A stretch of DNA of 64,000 nucleotides, taken from assembly GCA_965248355.1 (NCBI GenBank), contig OZ252098.1, forward strand, positions 1,760,001-1,824,000, written 5' to 3'. The notes beneath the pieces are model-generated. The model worked only from the letters and a program-made list of their open reading frames with translations, did not search any database and was not told where the DNA came from. Below are positions 59,205-64,000 of this stretch, piece after piece (position 1 is the first letter of the stretch; the number at the start of each line of letters is the position of its first letter). Origin of the DNA: Candidatus Latescibacterota bacterium. GTDB lineage: Bacteria > Latescibacterota > UBA2968 > UBA8231. The position numbers and the translations under genes are program-made.

Positions 59205-61619
59205 ATGGCCCCGGTCTTCAAAGTGCCGACCTTCCCAGCTCACATCCTCGAACCCGCGGGCGTCCCAAGGAGCCGCTGGCCGGTCACCGCCGGTCTGCCC
59301 TTCGCCCCCGGGGAGCTGAGGGAGGCCGGGGGCCTGGGCGTCGTCGACGAGGACGGCCGCCCCCTGCCGGCGTGGTCCGACGTACGGGCCCGCTGGCCCG
59401 ACGGCTCTGTGCGCTGGTCGTTGCTGGACCTGCAGGTGGAGATGCGGGCCCAGCAGCGCCTTCGGTTGAATGTCGAGCCCCGCAGCGGCCCCGGCGAATG
59501 CCAGTCCCCTCTGCGCGCCGAGGTTCGGGGCGACGCCATCGACGTGCTCACGGGCGAGATGGCCCTGCGCATCGGCCGGCAGGGCCACCGGCTGATCCGG
59601 TCCGTCTCCAAGGGGCGGCGGGAATTCCTCTCCCCGGGGGGCGACGGGGACCTGACGGCCTGGGACGGAGAGGGAACCGCCTGTTCCGCCCGCATCGAGG
59701 ACGCCGAGATCGAGGAAGCCAACCCCCTCCGCCTGGTGGTCCGTTGCGGGGGCCGCTTCATGGGGCCGGTGGACCCCTTTCTGGGCTTCGAGGCGCGCAT
59801 CACCTGCTTCGCCCACCAGTCTTTCCTGCGCATCGACTTCACCTTCGTCCACGATCTGGACCAACCTCCGGAGTTGCTCCTTCGCAGGCTCGCCCTGCAG
59901 CTTCCCCTGGCTCTGGACCGGACATCGCGCCGGGCTCTGGTGGGCTCCCAGGCCTCGGGGTGGACCTTCCACGATCCCATCGATCTGGCAGCCACGGACA
60001 GCGTCGATCTCACCCAGTGGAACCTGGAGCGTCACTGCCTCCGCTGGGGCGCCGGCCGGCGCGTCGACCGGCGGACGAACTGTCTCGGCTGGCTGCACGT
60101 CGCCGACGGCGAGTCCGGGGTCACGTGCAAGCTGCGCCGCCCCTTCCAGAGCTATCCGAAGAGGTGGGCCTTCGAAGGCGAACGGCTGTGTCTCGAGTTG
60201 TTTCCCGACCTGTCCGGGTTCCTCGGTCCGGAGGGCGGTTCCGGACGGCGGTATACGGAGATCGACTATGCCGGCGGCGTCCGCCACGATCGCCCGTTGC
60301 GGCTGCCCCAGGGCATGGCCCGGACCCACGAGATCTACCTGCACTTCGGTCCCCGGGCCGACGACCCGGCAGAGGTCGACCGCTTCTGTCTGGCCTCCGA
60401 GATGCCCCTGCTCCTGCAGCTGCCCTCCTCCCGCTATGCCGAGACCGGTGTCTTCGGGCCCTTCGCCCCTTTCTCGGAGGACCGCTGGCCCCTGGAGCTC
60501 AAGCTGCGTCGATTCTGCCGCACGCCCAACGGACGGGGCATTCTCAACGACGGCGACCAGGTGCGCCTGGAGAGCCTGCCCGACGGCCGTGTGGTGACGC
60601 GCACCACGGAGAACCTGGCCTACGAGCTGCCGCGCTCGATCCTCTGGCAGTACCTGCGTTCGGGGGATCAGCGTTTGTTCTGGGAGGCCGAGGCGGCGGT
60701 CCGCCACCTGATGGACGTGGACACCGTGCACCACCAGTCGGAGCACCCGGAGTGGATCGGTGGACCCTGCTTCCAGTGGTCGCAGAACCACCACTACACC
60801 AACACCGACGAGACCGCCCTGACCGGACCCCGGACGAGCCACACCTGGCTCGGATCCCTGCTCGACTACTACTTCCTCACCGGCTACCGCCGAGCCCGGC
60901 AGGTCGCCGAGATGTGCGCCGACTACTGCCGCCGCTCCGCCCCCTATCAATGGAGAGAGGAACTCACCCCCGAACGCGCGTCGGCGGCCGCCGACGGCCA
61001 GCCCGTCCACTGGCCTTTCTCCACGCGCAGCGTGGGCTGGGCCCTGACCGGGATGGGCACCTACTACGACGCCTTCCCCGAGGACCGTTTCCTGCCTGCC
61101 ATGGAGGCCCTCGTGGATCTGCTCGAAGTCTGGCAGGACGAACACGGGCGCTGGCGCGACCGGATCGGCACCCACAACCTCGGCGAGACCCCATTCATGG
61201 TCGCCGGCGTTCTCCAGGGCCTGCTGCTCTACCATGGCGCCACCGGAGAGGAGAGAGCCCGCCGGATGATGCTGGCCGGAGCCCGCTTCCTGGCCCGGCA
61301 CGGCCGCACGCCGGAGGGATTGTTCTACTACAAGGAAGCGCCCATCTCCGCCGATCCCCACACCTCCACCGCCATGCTTCTCGGCCCCCTGGCCTGGGCC
61401 CATGAGCAGACCGGCGAGGCCGACCTGCTCGATGCCGGATATCGGATGTTCCGCTGGCTCGTCGACGAGGGAGCGGTCTCCACGTACATGCTGAAGGACC
61501 TCTTCGCCTTCATGCCCCTGCTCGAGGGGCTCGGTCTGCTCGACGACTACGAGCCCTCCCACTTCCGGGCCCCGGCCCCGGGAGAGGGCCCTTCCGGCTC
61601 GAAGGAGATCCCGGGATGA
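59205..61619 (+). CDS. Hypothetical protein resembling exo-rhamnogalacturonan-lyase-like/RIFT-barrel family
   Basis: PVTAGLPFAPGEL...WPDGSVRW N-terminus; HLMDVD, LLDYYFLTG, RSVGW alpha-toroid motifs. Confidence 0.6.
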   Translation: MAPVFKVPTFPAHILEPAGVPRSRWPVTAGLPFAPGELREAGGLGVVDEDGRPLPAWSDVRARWPDGSVRWSLLDLQVEMRAQQRLRLNVEPRSGPGECQSPLRAEVRGDAIDVLTGEMALRIGRQGHRLIRSVSKGRREFLSPGGDGDLTAWDGEGTACSARIEDAEIEEANPLRLVVRCGGRFMGPVDPFLGFEARITCFAHQSFLRIDFTFVHDLDQPPELLLRRLALQLPLALDRTSRRALVGSQASGWTFHDPIDLAATDSVDLTQWNLERHCLRWGAGRRVDRRTNCLGWLHVADGESGVTCKLRRPFQSYPKRWAFEGERLCLELFPDLSGFLGPEGGSGRRYTEIDYAGGVRHDRPLRLPQGMARTHEIYLHFGPRADDPAEVDRFCLASEMPLLLQLPSSRYAETGVFGPFAPFSEDRWPLELKLRRFCRTPNGRGILNDGDQVRLESLPDGRVVTRTTENLAYELPRSILWQYLRSGDQRLFWEAEAAVRHLMDVDTVHHQSEHPEWIGGPCFQWSQNHHYTNTDETALTGPRTSHTWLGSLLDYYFLTGYRRARQVAEMCADYCRRSAPYQWREELTPERASAAADGQPVHWPFSTRSVGWALTGMGTYYDAFPEDRFLPAMEALVDLLEVWQDEHGRWRDRIGTHNLGETPFMVAGVLQGLLLYHGATGEERARRMMLAGARFLARHGRTPEGLFYYKEAPISADPHTSTAMLLGPLAWAHEQTGEADLLDAGYRMFRWLVDEGAVSTYMLKDLFAFMPLLEGLGLLDDYEPSHFRAPAPGEGPSGSKEIPG

Positions 61620-62542
61620 CGGAGGACCCCGGGCTACAGGAGATCGTGGAGCGCGCCCTGCGCGAGGACCTCGGCGGCGAGCTCCACCCCGATGCGGACA
61701 TCACCACCCGGTGGACGGTGGCCGGGGGAGGGGAGGCTTGCGCCCGCATCCTTTCCCGGGGCCTAGGAGTCGCGGCCGGGGTGCAGGCCGCCCGTCTGGT
61801 ATTCCAGCGCCTCGATCCGGACCTGGCCGTCGAGGCCGCCGTGGCCGATGGGGACGACCTGGCCGCCGGGGACACGGTGCTCCACCTGCGAGGCGCCGCC
61901 GCCCCCATCCTCGTGGGTGAGCGCACGGCACTCAACCTGCTGCAGCAGCTTTCGGGCGTCGCCTCCCTGACGAGGGCCTACGTCGATGCCGTGGCGGGGA
62001 CCTCGGCCCGCATCACGGATACCCGCAAGACCACCCCCGGGCTCCGCCGCCTGCAGAAGGAGGCCGTGCGCAGCGGCGGCGGCTTCAATCATCGATTCGG
62101 GCTGCACGACGCCGTGCTGATCAAGGAGAATCACGCCCGCGCTACCGGGGGGGTGGTCGAGGCGGTGCGCCGGGCGCGCCGGGGGTCCGTGGCCCAGGGA
62201 GGGGCCCGGATCCCGGTCATGTGCGAAGCTGAAACCCTGGAAGAGGTGCGGGCCCTTCTCGGGGCCGGACCGGGGACCCGCCCGGACCGCATCCTTCTCG
62301 ACAACATGCCCCCCGCTGCCATGGCGGAGTGCGTCCGGCTCGTGCAGTCCACAGCGGCGGAGGTCGAGACCGAAGCCACCGGCGGCATCACCTTGGAGAA
62401 GGCCCGCGCCGTGGCCGAGACCGGCGTCGACTGGATCTCCGTCGGGGCCCTGACCCACTCGGCGCCGGCCCTCGACCTCAGCCTGCTGTTCGAGGAGAGA
62501 AGCCGGCTTCGGGGGCGGGGTGGCCCGCGAAGTCAGAGCTGA
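61616..62542 (+). CDS. nadC: Nicotinate-nucleotide diphosphorylase (carboxylating)
   Basis: ERTALNL, DTRKTTPG, HRFGL.DAVLIKENH, LLDNM, ISVGALTHSA. Confidence 0.95.
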   Translation: MTEDPGLQEIVERALREDLGGELHPDADITTRWTVAGGGEACARILSRGLGVAAGVQAARLVFQRLDPDLAVEAAVADGDDLAAGDTVLHLRGAAAPILVGERTALNLLQQLSGVASLTRAYVDAVAGTSARITDTRKTTPGLRRLQKEAVRSGGGFNHRFGLHDAVLIKENHARATGGVVEAVRRARRGSVAQGGARIPVMCEAETLEEVRALLGAGPGTRPDRILLDNMPPAAMAECVRLVQSTAAEVETEATGGITLEKARAVAETGVDWISVGALTHSAPALDLSLLFEERSRLRGRGGPRSQS

Positions 62543-62750
62543 ACCCGGAGAAGACCTTGGCCTCTGCACTCCTGGAAGCCCCCGACTTTGCGGCCCGAAG
62601 AGGGCCTTGGCGCCCAACATTCCTTGATTTGTACGGGTCCTTGCTGTATTTTGGGCTGATCGCTATATTCCCGGACCTAGCCTCGTCTTCACGCTGCCAT
62701 GGTGTAGAGGTGGTTGCGTCGCGTCTGGTGCAGATGTCCTTTCCAATCCG

Positions 62751-62937
62751 GGCAAATGCACCGCTCCGGCAAATGCACCGCTCCGGCAAATGCACCGCTC
62801 CGGCAAATGCACCGCTCCGGCAAATGCACCGCTCCGGCAAATGCACCGCTCCGGCAAATGCACCGCTCCGGCAAATGCACCGCTCCGGCAAATGCACCGC
62901 TCCGGCAAATGCACCGCTCCGGCAAATGCACCGCTCC
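62751..62937. repeat. Perfect tandem repeat, 11 x 17 bp (GGCAAATGCACCGCTCC)
   Basis: Counted directly; no spacers and no variant copies. Confidence 0.97.
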
Positions 62938-63615
62938 GATTGAACTTGGACTCGTAGATTGAGAATCTGCCGTCCTCCCTCGCGCGTTCGGCGCACGCTG
63001 TCGCTCGGGCGGATGTCCGCGCGGGGGCCTCGGCTCCCCGAACGGCTTGGTGACGCCGTCCCAACTCCACAGCAGAGTCTCCCCCTCCGCCGATGGAGCC
63101 GCCTTCTGCAAGGCCGCTCCAAGCGGTTCGATATCCCCCTCGGCCCACCGCCCGGCGATCATCGAACCATGCTGAATCACGGTGGTGGGCGGATCGAGCA
63201 GCAGTTCACACAACCTGTCACGATTCGACAAAGACCCGACACGCATTCGGAGACATTGTCCAGGGCTCCACTCCTGATCAACCGATTTTGCCGATGGATC
63301 CGCCGGGCAAAGACTGGTCACAAGCAACTCATGAATCCTGTGGGACGTGACTCCCCTGGCGGATGCCTGCCGCTGGATACCCCTTCATGAGTCTGGTCCG
63401 GCCAGACCGGGGTCCTCGAGCAGGGCCGGCTGGTCGATCCACGGCCTCGGCCGAGAGAGCAGGACCACCGGCAGAACCGCTCCTGCACCAGGACCGTGGC
63501 CCTTGGCCTGATTTTGGAATGCCATCGCATGGGACCACATTCTACAGCCCGATCTCACGCGTGGCTCCGTTCCACAACAAGACACTTCCGAATCGACTCA
63601 GAAAGGACCCAAGAG

Positions 63616-64000
63616 ATGTCGAATAGCAGCGGATTCATCAGAAGGATGATCCCATTGGGATTGTGCACGTTCCTGTGGGCAGGTTCGCCGGCTACGGCCC
63701 AGACAGAGAGTTCCGGGGCGGTAGCGGGCCGGGCCGAGCGTACGCCTGTGTCCGTCACCGGAGTAGGCGCCGAGATCAATTCCGAAGGAACGAGCGTCAC
63801 CGTCTCCTGGGAGCTCTCGGAGTCCGACAGGGTGACCAGCGTGCCGGTCGGCGGTGACCTTACTGCAGGTGGCGCCTTTGTGGGGGTCAATGGTGTCGAT
63901 GACTACAACATCTGGCGCCAGGGAGCCGAGGACACCGAGCCGACTTTGGTAGGCACCGTCAATGCTGGCGAGACCTCCTTTGTCGATGAATCGTTCGCTC
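63616..64000 (+). CDS. Secreted protein with fibronectin-III-like domain (5' part; runs off window)
   Basis: Not in ORF track; manual translation MSNSSGFIRRMIPLGLCTFLWAGSPATAQ...SVTVSWELS...YNIWRQ...VGTVNAGETSFVD; AAAGGA upstream. Confidence 0.75.
   Translation, partial: MSNSSGFIRRMIPLGLCTFLWAGSPATAQTESSGAVAGRAERTPVSVTGVGAEINSEGTSVTVSWELSESDRVTSVPVGGDLTAGGAFVGVNGVDDYNIWRQGAEDTEPTLVGTVNAGETSFVDESFA

Noticed and set aside
56946..61562. 1538-aa single protein
   Set aside because: The N-terminal half is antisense to the real plus-strand gene 59205..61619; only 56946..~59111 looks coding
62751..62937. CRISPR array
   Set aside because: Units are head-to-tail with no unique spacers, only 17 bp long, and there are no cas genes in the window
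62329..63327. Repeat-containing ORFs (62329..62943, 62478..63122, 62663..63148, 62689..63327)
   Set aside because: They are open because the repeat lacks stops; no recognisable domains and some overlap nadC

Overview
High-GC bacterial chromosomal window (diderm features: MCE/Mla transporter, lipoproteins, beta-barrel-like protein), mostly core genes. In order: 5' part of mraZ; a MerR-iscA-iscS-moeB-trmB sulfur/Fe-S operon preceded by yyaL-cysK; ssb with a structured leader; tRNA-Ala(TGC); a decayed IS630-family element with an apparently intact ISAzo13-family element nested inside; cfa; a UbiA-type prenyltransferase; rplM-rpsI-rpsB-tsf-frr (no pyrH); queA-ispDF-dedA; fused ECF ATPase-pyrC; an rnhB-YraN fusion; hrcA-grpE-dnaJ-mrp-nuoB-like-prmA-rsmE-aroQ (no dnaK); rpiA; ilvD. 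The most notable locus (38.5-52.9 kb) is a 1403-aa reductase/adenylation/ACP/acyltransferase protein with the architecture of the myxobacterial ether-lipid enzyme ElbD. It sits in an apparent operon with lgt and is divergent from a lipid kinase and an MCE transporter operon containing an extra putative outer-membrane protein. The window ends with a GT3-like glycosyltransferase, DUF3604-like and lyase-like genes, nadC, an 11x17-bp perfect tandem repeat and the start of a secreted FN3-like protein. All calls come from reading motifs by eye; no database searches were run, and many start codons were re-chosen manually.
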